Assembly: GCF_004010195.1 (NCBI RefSeq)
Contig: NC_057718.1
Location: 11,639,186-11,703,185 of the forward strand
DNA: 64,000 nt
From: Chiloscyllium plagiosum
Lineage: Eukaryota
Reading direction: 5' to 3'
Position 1 is the stretch's first letter, and every line of letters starts with the position of its first letter. The notes beneath the pieces are model-generated. The model was not told where the DNA came from and made no database searches. It saw only the letters and a list, made by a program, of their open reading frames with translations. Positions 62,868 through 64,000 of the stretch are shown here, piece after piece. A program made the position numbers and the translations under genes.

Positions 62868-64000
62868 AAAACATAATGGCTACAGCATGTCAAAGTCGAA
62901 AGGTGTGTGACTGCATGCTTTGATAATAGTGCACATACTGTATTATGAGGGAATATGGTTGCAGTATACGTATAAGCTTCATTAACGTTGATAGCATTTA
63001 GACCTTGTGCTGAGTTTCCTGCTTCTGGCAAAGGTTTTGCCTGCATTTCCCACCTCAGCCATATTCATCTGGAGTCTGGAGACTTGGCCTGCTCAAACTG
63101 GCTCCTTAAAGGGAGGTTATCACTTGGGGTGCAACTAATGAAATTTACATTCCCTGCTTATGCAGTTACAGTTTAAAATATTTCACTCTGGTCTTTATTT
63201 GGTTCTGCTGGCAAGCCTGGAAAGGAAACCTAGCCCATTTCTTTCCAAAAGTATTACTGTTTCTATTTGAATTCCAACCCATGAATTAATCCTTATGTTG
63301 AAGAATAACTTTGATTCTAAGAAGCTGCATATTTTCGCCTGGAGAGTAACTCATAAACTGTGGCCACATTTGCTCCTATTTTGTTGATGCCAAGTTATGT
63401 CCAAGTATCTTTCCAAAGTCAATTATTCAAAAATATATGTGTCAAAAATTTACACCCAAAGACAAACCAAACCTAGGGTGGTACATAACTTTTTTTTTGA
63501 ATCTTAATAATTAAAAATTAAAATTCAATTCATTCAAATGTCAGCACATCAAACACATGGAATCTTAAGCCTGGATAAGTGATGATTTTTAACATGACTT
63601 ATGCAAGGTCCTAAAAATGCATCAAAAAGAATAGAAAATGTAGGGGAGCCTCAGTGAGGACGGACTTTCAAAAAACTATAACCAATTCGACAGGAAATGA
63701 CATCCTGCTGCATCTTTCGATGGTGTTGACAGCAGCTCCCCATCTCCCATCCCAATGTTCCCTCAGCACTCCAAACTGGCACAATTTGGGATGTGGCTAA
63801 AGTTGTTGGTAGGGATTAGTCTGGATGTAGCACTTTAGGTAGGAGAAAATTGAGGAGACTTAGGGTATATTGCAGCGTCACTTAAATTCAGATGTCTTCA
63901 GGCACAAATGCAAAGGAAACCCGGTCTCGCCATGTTCAGATTCAAAACATATTTTACATTTCTTTTACGCAGACACCATCTCTCAGCTGGTATACTGGCA

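Overview
This is eukaryotic, repeat-rich, mostly non-coding DNA. It most likely comes from a cartilaginous fish (shark-like), judged from HE1/V-SINE-type SINEs, abundant CR1 LINEs and Penelope-like elements. I recognise no host protein-coding gene with confidence; there is one weak candidate exon at 13805-14055 (-). Positions 1-43 kb are a mosaic of decayed CR1, L1/Tx1, RTE and Penelope retroelements plus SINEs, with several nested insertions whose target-site duplications (TSDs) are still readable. Positions 43.2-56.1 kb are a ~13 kb array of a 48-bp satellite with higher-order duplications and two N gaps. Positions 56-64 kb are AT-rich unique sequence with a few old repeats. The most notable signal is a set of short Penelope-derived elements, often fold-back, that carry minimal hammerhead ribozyme motifs and are flanked by 10-16 bp TSDs. 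A MULE-like MITE with a degenerate 9-bp TSD is also present. All family assignments come from motif recognition by eye, not from database searches.
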